DNA from: Deltaproteobacteria bacterium
GTDB lineage: Bacteria; Myxococcota; Kuafuiibacteriia; Kuafuiibacteriales; Kuafuiibacteriaceae
Reading direction: 5' to 3'
Assembly (NCBI GenBank): GCA_016713425.1
Contig: JADJPE010000005.1
Coordinates: 992,111-1,056,110, forward strand
DNA length: 64,000 nucleotides
In this document: in pieces, positions 1 to 8,078 of the stretch
Layout of the letters: each line of letters begins with the position of its first letter
How positions within the stretch are numbered: the stretch's first letter is position 1
Notes under the pieces: model-generated
What the model saw: the letters and a program-made list of their open reading frames with translations, nothing else
Told to the model about the DNA's origin: nothing
The model's database searches: none
Position numbers and translations under genes: made by a program

Positions 1-4
1 ACTC

Positions 5-304
5 ATGCGGCTCAAACAACGACTGGGGCGCGCGAGCGTCCTCGGGCTGCAATACGGCCCCGCGACCAAGTCGATGCCACCGCGGGTCGTGCTTCGGTTC
101 GACCAAGACGATCCCAACCTGAACGGCGCCCACGTGGTCCAGTTCGTCGAGCAAAACAAACACCGCCGCCGTCTCACACCGGACGGGCGGCTCGTGGTTC
201 ATCTCGTGCCGGCCGAAGACCTCCGAGAGATGCTTCATCAAGCCATGGAACAGGTCGAGCAGCTCCTTCGTGTTCGGTACCGCAGCGCGGCAAACAACGC
301 CTAA
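5..304 (+). CDS. Hypothetical protein, possibly the C-terminal part of a gene that starts upstream of the window
   Basis: The ORF is open to the window edge, with no stop in frame at nt 2-4. Composition is protein-like but I recognise no motif. Confidence 0.3.
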   Translation: MRLKQRLGRASVLGLQYGPATKSMPPRVVLRFDQDDPNLNGAHVVQFVEQNKHRRRLTPDGRLVVHLVPAEDLREMLHQAMEQVEQLLRVRYRSAANNA

Positions 305-503
305 GGAACCACGTCGACCGCCCTCGCCCCTCCTTGGCCCCCAGAAGGCACGGCTCGAGACCGAGAGGTCGGCCTGAGAGCTCGCCGTTCTTTGCTAGGG
401 GGGGCCTTATTAGGGGGCCCTTGTTTGGGGTGGCTTTATTTGGGAGTGGCCTACTCCGGTCAGCCTAAATGACCGCTGCACACAGGCGCCTACGTCAGGC
501 CGC

Positions 504-2657
504 GTGCGGTCGGGTGGGGCCGATGCCTTGGGAGCGCTTGGGAAGGCTGCTAGGATGCGCGCACCGGACGGGGGTGACGTGGCGCGACAGATAGGTCGGT
601 TCCTGGTCTACGAAGAGATCGGGTCTTGGGATGCAGGTTCGGTCTTCCGAGCTTTTGAAGTGCGGGGACTGGTCCGACCCGCAATCCTGAAAACTCTGTC
701 TCCAGCCCTGAGGGACCGGGCAGATTGCATCGAGATCCTAATGGAGGAGGCGCGCATCGCGAGCGAGCTTTCCCACCCCAACATCCTGAGACCGCTCGAT
801 GTCGACGAGGGCGATCTAGGTTGGTATTCGGCGTTCGAACGCGCGCACGGACGCACGCTCGAAGGTCTGATGGAGGAAAGCCGACAGCGAGGCGTCGGGC
901 TCGATGCCAACGCGGCCCTTCACATCGTCATCCAGGTGCTCAACGGACTTGCGCACGCCCACGAACACACCGATGCGGCGGGGCAGCCACTCGAGATTGT
1001 CCATCGCGACGTGTCGCCGCGAAACATCTGGATCTCCTACGCCGGCAACGTTGCGCTTGGCGGATTCGGCTATGCGTCGATGCGCGGCCGGACCAACCTC
1101 CCGACTCCGGGCATCGAACGTCCCCGGCTCGACTACCTCAGTCCCGAGCAGGTGGCTGGGGAAAACCTCGACCCTCGATCCGATGTGTTCAGCATGGGTC
1201 TGATCTTGTACGAGCTGTTGGCAGGCCGAAAGGCATACGACGGAAGCGCCCTCGACATCCGCGCCAAAGCCCGCCGCGCCGATATCGCCCCTTTGCGAAG
1301 GATTGCCCCACACACCCCAGCGCCGCTCGAGCGCATCGTCGAAGGTGCGCTGACCGTAGATCCCAACAATCGCTACCCAAGCGCGAGCGCGTTCAGCGAC
1401 GCGTTGGTTCGCTTCCTCGTCGCCCACGACGCGACCTTCGGCGCAAAGAGGTTCGCTTCGGCACTCGCAATCCTGTTCGGCAACGTCGTCCGAGACGAGC
1501 GGCAAAAAGACGACCAGATCCGCGCTGAACTCTTCACACAGACTGAGGCCGCCCGGTTGCTTTCCTTCTCATCGCTGCAGGCCTTCAACGAGCCCAGCTT
1601 CAGCCAACCAAGTGCCAGCCTTCGTCAGCTCGGCGCGCCGAACCAGGCACAACCGAAAGGCCACGGCCTGGCCCTGGGACAAGGGCATGGACACGGACCA
1701 GGACCGGGACCAGGACCAGGACCAGGACCAGGACAGATGAGTGCGCAAGGAGCGCTTCTCGGCGGCCTCAATGGTCTCGCCGCGAATCCCGTTGCCCACC
1801 GCGCGACCATGCCTTCCCCCGCGCCCGGCTCGCCCACCTCCGGACTTGAGCTGCCAGCACTCGCACCGGCCGGACTTGCGCCCACGCCCGCCTCAGCGAA
1901 CATAGCCGCCGCCGGAAGCATGGAGACAGCCTTCAACGCCGGAGCTCCGGCCCCATTTCGTCCGAAGCTGCTCAGCGCCGCGTTCATCTTGGCCGGACTC
2001 TTTCTCATCGGCCTCACCATCTTCGCCCTCTCCTCCGACCGGAACATGCGGCTCGTGAAGAGCAAGGTCCGCGCCGCCTTTATCGGCCGAAAGCCAGGCG
2101 CCACGCTCATCATCGAATCGATTCCGCCGGGCGCCAAGGTCTTCATCAATGATGACGATACCGGCAAGACCACGCCGCTCACGGTGAACAACATCGAGTC
2201 TGAGACCGATCAACTCGTACGACTCGAGCTGGAAGGAGAGAAGGCCGTCACCGAAACCGTAAACCTGCGCGCAAGCACCGAGCGAACGGTTACGATGGTC
2301 TTCAAAGATGCGATGGTTTCTCTCGAGCTCCTAACGGAGCCCAGCGGCGCCGAAGTGCTCATCAATGACCGTCCCGCCCCTCAATTCACACCCCTCACGA
2401 TGGATGTCCGCGTGGGTCAGCCGATCAAGCTGACGGTCAAACGCGAAGGATACAAGCCGCACGAGGCAACACTCGAACCGCGACGTGGCGAGCCGGTCAA
2501 GCTCGACGTCAAACTCGAGAAGACCGCCGAGTTGCTGGCCGCGGAAGAAGAAGAAGCGGCCGCCATCAAAGAGAGTGAGGGCGGAGGTGAACGCGGTCAA
2601 GGGCGCGCATCGCCGAACCGAAGACCGAAGGACAAACCTCGGCGACGACATCGCTGA
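504..2657 (+). CDS. Membrane-anchored Ser/Thr protein kinase-like protein, predicted pseudokinase, with a GP-repeat linker, one TM helix and two C-terminal PEGA domains
   Basis: Kinase-fold motifs are present in order: AILK (VAIK-like Lys), EEARI (helix-C Glu), HRDVSPRN catalytic loop, GFG in place of DFG, SPE, and DVFSMGLILYELL. A (GP)n tract (GHGHGPGPGPGPGPGPG) follows, then a hydrophobic segment LLSAAFILAGLFLIGLTIFAL, then two PEGA-like modules (GAKVFINDDDTGKTTPL.. and GAEVLINDRPAPQFTPL..). The start may instead be the in-frame ATG at 555. Confidence 0.8.
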   Translation: MRSGGADALGALGKAARMRAPDGGDVARQIGRFLVYEEIGSWDAGSVFRAFEVRGLVRPAILKTLSPALRDRADCIEILMEEARIASELSHPNILRPLDVDEGDLGWYSAFERAHGRTLEGLMEESRQRGVGLDANAALHIVIQVLNGLAHAHEHTDAAGQPLEIVHRDVSPRNIWISYAGNVALGGFGYASMRGRTNLPTPGIERPRLDYLSPEQVAGENLDPRSDVFSMGLILYELLAGRKAYDGSALDIRAKARRADIAPLRRIAPHTPAPLERIVEGALTVDPNNRYPSASAFSDALVRFLVAHDATFGAKRFASALAILFGNVVRDERQKDDQIRAELFTQTEAARLLSFSSLQAFNEPSFSQPSASLRQLGAPNQAQPKGHGLALGQGHGHGPGPGPGPGPGPGQMSAQGALLGGLNGLAANPVAHRATMPSPAPGSPTSGLELPALAPAGLAPTPASANIAAAGSMETAFNAGAPAPFRPKLLSAAFILAGLFLIGLTIFALSSDRNMRLVKSKVRAAFIGRKPGATLIIESIPPGAKVFINDDDTGKTTPLTVNNIESETDQLVRLELEGEKAVTETVNLRASTERTVTMVFKDAMVSLELLTEPSGAEVLINDRPAPQFTPLTMDVRVGQPIKLTVKREGYKPHEATLEPRRGEPVKLDVKLEKTAELLAAEEEEAAAIKESEGGGERGQGRASPNRRPKDKPRRRHR

Positions 2658-2681
2658 GGAAACCGGCGCCAGGTCGCGCTT

Positions 2682-2700
2682 AGGGCCCGATCAGGGCCCT
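2682..2700. terminator. Putative bidirectional intrinsic terminator hairpin between convergent genes
   Basis: AGGGCCC(2682-2688) pairs with GGGCCCT(2694-2700) around a 5-nt loop GATCA, giving a 7-bp GC-rich stem. It lies between the stop of the kinase-like gene (2657) and the stop of elbB (2700). There is no U-tract. Confidence 0.3.
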
Positions 2701-3353
2701 TAGACCATGCGCAGTACCTCCGCGACGCAAAGTTCGATGCCCGCCGCGACCGCGCGCAGGGGCGCATCGTACATATAGGCGGGCGTCGATACGACCCGGT
2801 TCTCGGGATCGACCACGATGCCCTCGACCGGGCAGCGCTCATGGCGAGCGCCCGTCGCCTCAATCGCCCGGGCAGTGTCACCGTCCATCCCGATGGTGAC
2901 CTTGACCCCATGTGAGCCGAGGACCCGCGCCACGACCGCAGGCGCGATGCATATCGCGCCAATCGGCTTGCGCTGACGGTGAACGGCGACAATCAAGTCC
3001 CGGAGGGAAGCCTCGACGACTGCATCCGAGCCTTCGGTCGCGAAGGTCGATAGGTTGTTGGCGGCACCAAAGCCCCCAGGCAGCACGAGGCCATCGATAT
3101 CGTCGGCCGAGAGATCGGAGAGCGGTCTGATCCGACCACGCGCGATGCGGGCACTCTCGACGAGGACGTTTCGGTGTTCCGCGACCACTTGACCCGTTAC
3201 ATGGTTCACGACCTTGGCCTGGTCGATGTCAGGGGCAGCACATACGACCTCGACCCCCGCCCGGTCCAGCGCAAGAAGCGCGAGCACGGCCTCGCGGATC
3301 TCAGCACCATCTTTGAAACCGCATCCCGACAGAACAACGCCGATCCTTTTCAT
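2700..3353 (-). CDS. elbB: ElbB / DJ-1/PfpI-family (class I glutamine amidotransferase-like, glyoxalase 3-like) protein
   Basis: The N-terminus MKRIGVVLSGCGFKDGAEIREAVLALLALDRAG matches the ElbB pattern MKKIGVILSGCGVYDGSEIHEAVL. A GGAAGGAG RBS sits 8 nt upstream of the ATG at 3353, which I prefer over the ORF-track start at 3371. Confidence 0.8.
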   Translation of the reverse strand: MKRIGVVLSGCGFKDGAEIREAVLALLALDRAGVEVVCAAPDIDQAKVVNHVTGQVVAEHRNVLVESARIARGRIRPLSDLSADDIDGLVLPGGFGAANNLSTFATEGSDAVVEASLRDLIVAVHRQRKPIGAICIAPAVVARVLGSHGVKVTIGMDGDTARAIEATGARHERCPVEGIVVDPENRVVSTPAYMYDAPLRAVAAGIELCVAEVLRMV

Positions 3354-3489
3354 TCTTCGAACTCCTTCCAAGCACCCGTTGGGCTCTCACCCCTTTGGCT
3401 CTCGATGACGCCCGCGGCCCAATGAAGCACAACGACACGGGAAGATAAACGCCCTTGCCTCGAACGCTTCATGCGCCGATAGTCCGATC

Positions 3490-3843
3490 GTGGACCGCGA
3501 AGAGCTGAAAAGAGTCGTTCAGGAGGTCTTGGAAGACGAGGCCGGCTTTGGGTTTGTGGATATCGCCGATCGTTGGCGCGGCGGCACGCTGGTGATTTCG
3601 CCCAAAGACCCTTCTTTGCAGAGCAAAGAGATCCCCGTCGAAACGTTCTTTCACAAGATCGTCATGGTGAGAGACAAGCTCCGCGTCCTCGAACAGAAGA
3701 TCAACGCCAACGCCAGTCTATCCGACGCCGACAAGGTGGATCTTCAGCAATACATCACGAAAGTTTACGGAACGCTCACGACGTTCAACGTCTTGTTCAG
3801 AGGCAAAGATCATCACTTCGTCGGCGCGAAGGGAGAACCGTGA
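3490..3843 (+). CDS. Hypothetical small cytoplasmic protein (117 aa)
   Basis: Amino-acid composition is balanced. Its stop overlaps the downstream start in a GTGA arrangement, suggesting translational coupling. Confidence 0.5.
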   Translation: MDREELKRVVQEVLEDEAGFGFVDIADRWRGGTLVISPKDPSLQSKEIPVETFFHKIVMVRDKLRVLEQKINANASLSDADKVDLQQYITKVYGTLTTFNVLFRGKDHHFVGAKGEP

Positions 3844-4532
3844 GCATCATCGCCGCCACGAAAATCATGAGCGCCATGCAAGTCATGAGCGCCATGAAAG
3901 TCCTAGGCGCCATGAGCGCTATGAGGACAATGAGCGCCCGGATCTCTGCCTGCTCAAGAGACACCGGTGCTGCACCCGCGAGCACGTCACCGACCGCGCG
4001 ATCCCGTCGCGTTCCCCTTGTTCTCTCCGCGCTCCTCATCACGTCGGCGCTCATCCCGTTCGGAGGATGTGCCGCGACACAGCGCCAGAACACGATGCTG
4101 GCCCTTCAAGAATCGATCGATGGCTACAATCATGCGTTGCGCTGGCAGAATTTTGAGGCCGCCGCCGCCTATCTTCCGAACGACCTGCGCACCACATTCT
4201 TGGCTCTTCAAACCGAGAACGCCTCCAATCTCCAGATCGAAAGCTTCACGATCATGAAGGTGGAACTCGAGTCAGAACGCTCGGCAAGAGTACAGGTACT
4301 CTTGAGCTACATGCTGTTGCCATCCGTCACGCTCCAGTCCCGCCGAGTCGTACAGCACTGGCACCGCGTTCAAGATGACTGGATTCTCGAGACCGAGGAC
4401 GACGCCATCTTCCCGCTCGAGGAGGAGTTCGGTGCCGGCTCAGTCTCACCCTCACCCTCCGGATCCTCAGCCTCCGGATCCTCGCCCTCGACATCGTTGC
4501 CCGCCACGCCCGCGCCGTCGCCGGCACCTTGA
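3840..4532 (+). CDS. Putative lipoprotein with a Ser/Pro-rich C-terminal tail
   Basis: A GTG at 3840 overlaps the upstream stop (GTGA). There is an N-terminal MSAM-type 18-nt repeat carrying multiple in-frame ATGs. A signal-peptide-like RRVPLVLSALLITSALIPFGGC has Cys in a lipobox-like position. The C-terminus is SPSPSGSSASGSSPSTSLPATPAPSPAP. Confidence 0.5.
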   Translation: MSIIAATKIMSAMQVMSAMKVLGAMSAMRTMSARISACSRDTGAAPASTSPTARSRRVPLVLSALLITSALIPFGGCAATQRQNTMLALQESIDGYNHALRWQNFEAAAAYLPNDLRTTFLALQTENASNLQIESFTIMKVELESERSARVQVLLSYMLLPSVTLQSRRVVQHWHRVQDDWILETEDDAIFPLEEEFGAGSVSPSPSGSSASGSSPSTSLPATPAPSPAP

Positions 4533-4590
4533 GCTTCGCGCGCACGCCCGCGCCGTCGCGGACACCTTGAGCTTCGCGCGCACGCCCGTT
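4505..4590. repeat. 38-bp tandem duplication (about 2.2 copies) spanning the lipoprotein stop codon
   Basis: cacgcccgcgccgtcgccggcaccttgagcttcgcgcg (4505-4542) repeats at 4543-4580 with 2 mismatches, followed by a partial third copy. Confidence 0.8.
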
Positions 4591-4600
4591 GGGTCGAGCT

Positions 4601-5044
4601 TCAGCGACCCACCGCAATGAGGTACGCCCAGTTCGCGACCGTGGCCAACAAGACGCCAACCCGAAGGGCCAGGCGCGAGGCGTCCGACCGGAAATCGACG
4701 TCCCGCGGGTCGCGACCCGTGAGCGTCGACCATGCGACGCGAAGCGCGAACATGAGGGCAGCGCAAAACGCGAGGAACACGAGTGGATTCATGGAGAATG
4801 CGAGTCCGAGTTCGAGTCGACTCAGCGCGCAGGCTGCGCGCGTGCCGCCGCAGGTCAGGCAAGGAATGCCAAAGATCTGACGAAACGGACAAAGAACCGG
4901 CGGAAGAAGTTCATAGGGCGTGACAAACACGAGTAAGAGCCCGGCCGCGCACACGACCGCAAGCCACCGATCCTGCCGACGTCGTTGCGAACACGCACCT
5001 CGCCGCGCGGTTCGTGAAGCAGACGATATCGCTGGCTGAGACAC
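4601..5044 (-). CDS. DUF2752 family membrane protein
   Basis: The hallmark CPFRQIFGIPCLTCGGTRA (CPF..G.PCPGCGGTR) is followed by hydrophobic helices. Confidence 0.75.
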   Translation of the reverse strand: MSQPAISSASRTARRGACSQRRRQDRWLAVVCAAGLLLVFVTPYELLPPVLCPFRQIFGIPCLTCGGTRAACALSRLELGLAFSMNPLVFLAFCAALMFALRVAWSTLTGRDPRDVDFRSDASRLALRVGVLLATVANWAYLIAVGR

Positions 5045-5047
5045 GCG

Positions 5048-5893
5048 TCAGTGCCCCGACCCCGTGTGAAGAAGTGAGCCGACGGAACCCGCAAAGATGA
5101 CGCCCAGGATTGCGAAACAGCAACAGCAGAAGGTGGCGAGGAAAAGCGGCGCGAGAACAGCAATAACGGCCTTTCCCGTCGATACGCGATGGAGCGAGCG
5201 GATCGCCGTAACCGCGATGAACACACTCCACACGGTGACCCCGATACTGCCGAAGAGCGGGACCACCTGCAGAGGAGATGGTGCATAGGCGTAGGCCATG
5301 GCGCGGAAAGTTGTCTCGAACGATCCGCGCTGCCCGCCCTGCATGATGAGCGCCAAGTGAGTAGCTCCGGCCGATATGAAGAGCGAAATTCCAACCGCGA
5401 AAGGAATCACGATCAGAGATACGAGCTGGTCTGTCGAACCTTGCGCATTCGCGAACGGGGCAAGCAAAGGCTCGAGATCTGGGGCGATGCGCTCCAGGAA
5501 GCGCAGCATCTGACTCGCCAACGCGCGCTGCATCACCAACCCCAGGACACCGCCCGTCACGCCAAGGAGCAACCCAAACACCAGAGCAAGCCCCATGGAG
5601 CGATCAGGTTCTGCCCGCTCGAACAGGGCCGCCGGCCGTAGGAGCACCTCGCGAACAGTCTCGAGAAGCGACGAGGCCGAAGGCCGGACCTCCCAAGGAA
5701 TCCCGTCTGCTCCGCTTGAGAAGTCATCGTCGGACGACACAGAAGCAGGCGCCTCCCACGGCGACGGGCCGCTCGGTTCCGCGTGGGCCGCATTCGCATG
5801 GGCCGCATTCAGCTCGATCGGCGCCCCACAGCTCGGGCAAGACATCTGGCCGGGAAGGGCGTCGAACACGAGAGCGCACTTCGGACATCGCAT
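5048..5893 (-). CDS. Zinc-ribbon plus Yip1-domain membrane protein
   Basis: The N-terminus has a C4 zinc ribbon (CPKC...CPSC). A Yip1-like polytopic membrane region follows (GLLLGVTGGVLGL, IVIPFAVGISLFISAG). It lies 3 nt upstream of the DUF2752 gene, so probably in one operon. Confidence 0.7.
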   Translation of the reverse strand: MRCPKCALVFDALPGQMSCPSCGAPIELNAAHANAAHAEPSGPSPWEAPASVSSDDDFSSGADGIPWEVRPSASSLLETVREVLLRPAALFERAEPDRSMGLALVFGLLLGVTGGVLGLVMQRALASQMLRFLERIAPDLEPLLAPFANAQGSTDQLVSLIVIPFAVGISLFISAGATHLALIMQGGQRGSFETTFRAMAYAYAPSPLQVVPLFGSIGVTVWSVFIAVTAIRSLHRVSTGKAVIAVLAPLFLATFCCCCFAILGVIFAGSVGSLLHTGSGH

Positions 5894-6070
5894 CGAGTCC
5901 GACGATAAGGGACATTTGGGTCGGTGTCAGCTCAACCATCTCACGTCCGCTCATCCTCCCCTGCACACAGGGTCGACCGAATCTCTCATCGATTCTTGGG
6001 GCAAATTCCTCAGAGAATTTCGAAACTTTCGTGTGCAACGTTTCTTGGCGGGCCTGGTAGGGTACGCCGC

Positions 6071-7531
6071 GTGGTGCGAACGAAGGCAAAGTCGGTCTAC
6101 CGGTGCCGGGAATGCGGTCACCAGGCAGCCAAGTGGCTCGGCCGTTGCCCAGGCTGCGAGGCCTGGAACACGCTCGACGAAGAGCGGCTCGAAACAACCG
6201 CCAAGGGCCGTCACAGCGAGCGGACCTTCCGATTGCCCGACGGGGCGCTCGCCCAACCAACCCCACTCGCCAACTTGGCCGTGGTCCCGATCGAGCGAGC
6301 CCGAACCGGCATCTCGGAGTTCGACCGCGTCTTGGGTGGAGGCCTGGTGCCGGGCGCACTCATCCTCGTCGGCGGCGACCCGGGTATCGGCAAATCGACG
6401 CTCCTCCTCCAGGCGCTGGACGGCATCGCGCGGCAACAGTCGAACGGCGCCGCACTCTACGTCACGGGCGAAGAATCGCCCGAGCAAGTCAAACTTCGCG
6501 CCGCGCGGTTGGGCGTCGAAGCCGAACGTCTGCTGCTCTTCGCGGAGACGCGCGCCGATCGCATTATCGAGGCCGCGGTCGAGCGACGGCCCACTGTCTT
6601 GGCCATTGATTCGATTCAGGCGGTGTACGATCCGGAGATCGAAAGCGCGCCCGGAAGCGTCACGCAGGTTCGCGAGGTCTCAGCGCGGCTTCTGTATCTC
6701 GCCAAAGCCCACGGCATCCCGACGTTCCTGATCGGTCACGTCACAAAGGATGGCAATCTGGCCGGGCCACGCGTCCTCGAACATATGGTCGACACTGTGC
6801 TCTATTTCGAGTCGAGCACGAATCATGCGTTTCGAATCTTGCGTGCACACAAGAACCGCTTCGGTTCAACGAATGAGATCGGCGTCTTCGAAATGGCGGC
6901 CGAAGGCCTCAAGGAGGTCACCAATCCCTCGGAGCTCTTCTTGGCCGAACGCCCACGGGGTGTACCAGGGTCGGTCGTGCTTCCCGCGATGGAAGGAAGT
7001 CGCCCAGTGCTCATGGAGGTTCAGGCCCTGGTGTCACCGACGAGTTTCGGAAACCCGAGACGCACGTGTCTTGGCTTCGACGCCAATCGCGCCGCCCTCC
7101 TCATGGCCGTGCTCGAACGCCGCGCTGGACTCGACCTGTTGGGCTTCGACGCCTTCGTCAACGTCGCGGGCGGGATGGAGCTTACCGAACCAGCCGCCGA
7201 CCTCGCCGTGGCCTCCGCGCTCGCATCCTCCTTGAAGAACCGGGCGATGGATCCAAGAACGATCGTCTTCGGCGAAATCGGTCTCGCAGGTGAACTGCGC
7301 GCCGTCACTCAAGCGGAGCATCGCCTCCACGAAGCGCTGAAGCTCGGATTCGTGCGCGCGGTGATTCCTGGCCCGAACTTACGGAAGCTTCAACCGCCAG
7401 CCGGCTTCGAAGTCATAGGCGCCCAGTCGCTCGCAGAGGCGCTCGATCACATCTTCGCCGGCGATGGGCGCAACAGCAGCAACGATCGTAGCCGGGATGT
7501 CAGCAAGCGAAACAGCGGGACCCAGAAGTAG
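6071..7531 (+). CDS. radA: DNA repair protein RadA/Sms
   Basis: The N-terminal zinc finger CRECGHQAAKWLGRCPGCEAWNT is followed by a RecA-like ATPase with Walker A GGDPGIGKSTLLLQ, the KNRFG motif, and a Lon-like C-terminal domain (GEIGLAGELRAV). I take the start as the GTG at 6071 (VVRTKAKSVYRC), not the upstream ATG of the ORF track. Confidence 0.9.
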   Translation: MVRTKAKSVYRCRECGHQAAKWLGRCPGCEAWNTLDEERLETTAKGRHSERTFRLPDGALAQPTPLANLAVVPIERARTGISEFDRVLGGGLVPGALILVGGDPGIGKSTLLLQALDGIARQQSNGAALYVTGEESPEQVKLRAARLGVEAERLLLFAETRADRIIEAAVERRPTVLAIDSIQAVYDPEIESAPGSVTQVREVSARLLYLAKAHGIPTFLIGHVTKDGNLAGPRVLEHMVDTVLYFESSTNHAFRILRAHKNRFGSTNEIGVFEMAAEGLKEVTNPSELFLAERPRGVPGSVVLPAMEGSRPVLMEVQALVSPTSFGNPRRTCLGFDANRAALLMAVLERRAGLDLLGFDAFVNVAGGMELTEPAADLAVASALASSLKNRAMDPRTIVFGEIGLAGELRAVTQAEHRLHEALKLGFVRAVIPGPNLRKLQPPAGFEVIGAQSLAEALDHIFAGDGRNSSNDRSRDVSKRNSGTQK

Positions 7532-7626
7532 ACAAGAATCAGGCCGACATCACAACAAAGACCGGAACAAAGGACGACGCATCAACCGCTGAGCCACCCT
7601 CAGCGCCGTGAAAGAGGACAAAGGAG

Positions 7627-8001
7627 ATGGGCGAGTTTTTCTTCGTCGCACTTGGGGGCGCCATCGGAAGTGGCGCTCGATACATTGTATCGGTCTTCGT
7701 CGATCGATGGCTCCAACGTTCGTTTCCCTTCGGCACTTTTGCCGTCAACGTCCTCGGCTCGCTTCTGCTTGGCGCACTGATCGAATACTTCATCGCACAC
7801 AAATCGCACCATCCGGGGCTGAGACTCGCGTTAACGACCGGGTTGATGGGGGGCTTCACGACTTACTCGACGTTCAACTACGAGACACTCCACCTCACCG
7901 GGGAAGGCGCATACGGTGTGGCCGCGCTCTACGTGGCTGCCACGCTTGTGGCCTGCCTCGTCGGGGGCGCGATCGGCATTCAACTCGGCCGCTTGTTTTG
8001 A
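7627..8001 (+). CDS. crcB: Fluoride ion channel CrcB/FluC
   Basis: It is 124 aa with four TM helices and the GGFTTYSTF motif typical of CrcB. An AAAGGAG RBS lies upstream. Confidence 0.85.
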   Translation: MGEFFFVALGGAIGSGARYIVSVFVDRWLQRSFPFGTFAVNVLGSLLLGALIEYFIAHKSHHPGLRLALTTGLMGGFTTYSTFNYETLHLTGEGAYGVAALYVAATLVACLVGGAIGIQLGRLF

Positions 8002-8078
8002 CACACCATGGAAGAACACGAACCGCGTGACATTGAACCAGAGCTCTGGTAGCGCCGCAGCAGAGAGGTCACGAACAT

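Noticed and set aside
725-1528. Long antisense/alternative-frame ORFs inside well-supported genes. Examples: 725-1528(+), 816-1505(-), 5595-6731(+), 10279-11154(-), 19983-21422(+), 22077-23282(+), 25897-27327(+), 31832-32494(+), 36969-37784(-), 38923-39975(+), 59090-60346(-).
   Set aside because: Their translations are Arg/Ser/Pro/Ala-rich with no motifs, which is typical of open frames produced by high GC content. Each fully overlaps a gene with clear homology on the other frame or strand.
5924-6070. Upstream extension of radA from the ATG at 5924.
   Set aside because: The N-terminal 50 aa are Ser/Arg/His-rich and absent from RadA proteins. The conserved N-terminus (AKxVYxCxECG) aligns with the GTG at 6071/6074.
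7540-7626. Fluoride riboswitch upstream of crcB.
   Set aside because: By eye I found no match to the conserved crcB-motif boxes. Only an RBS is evident.
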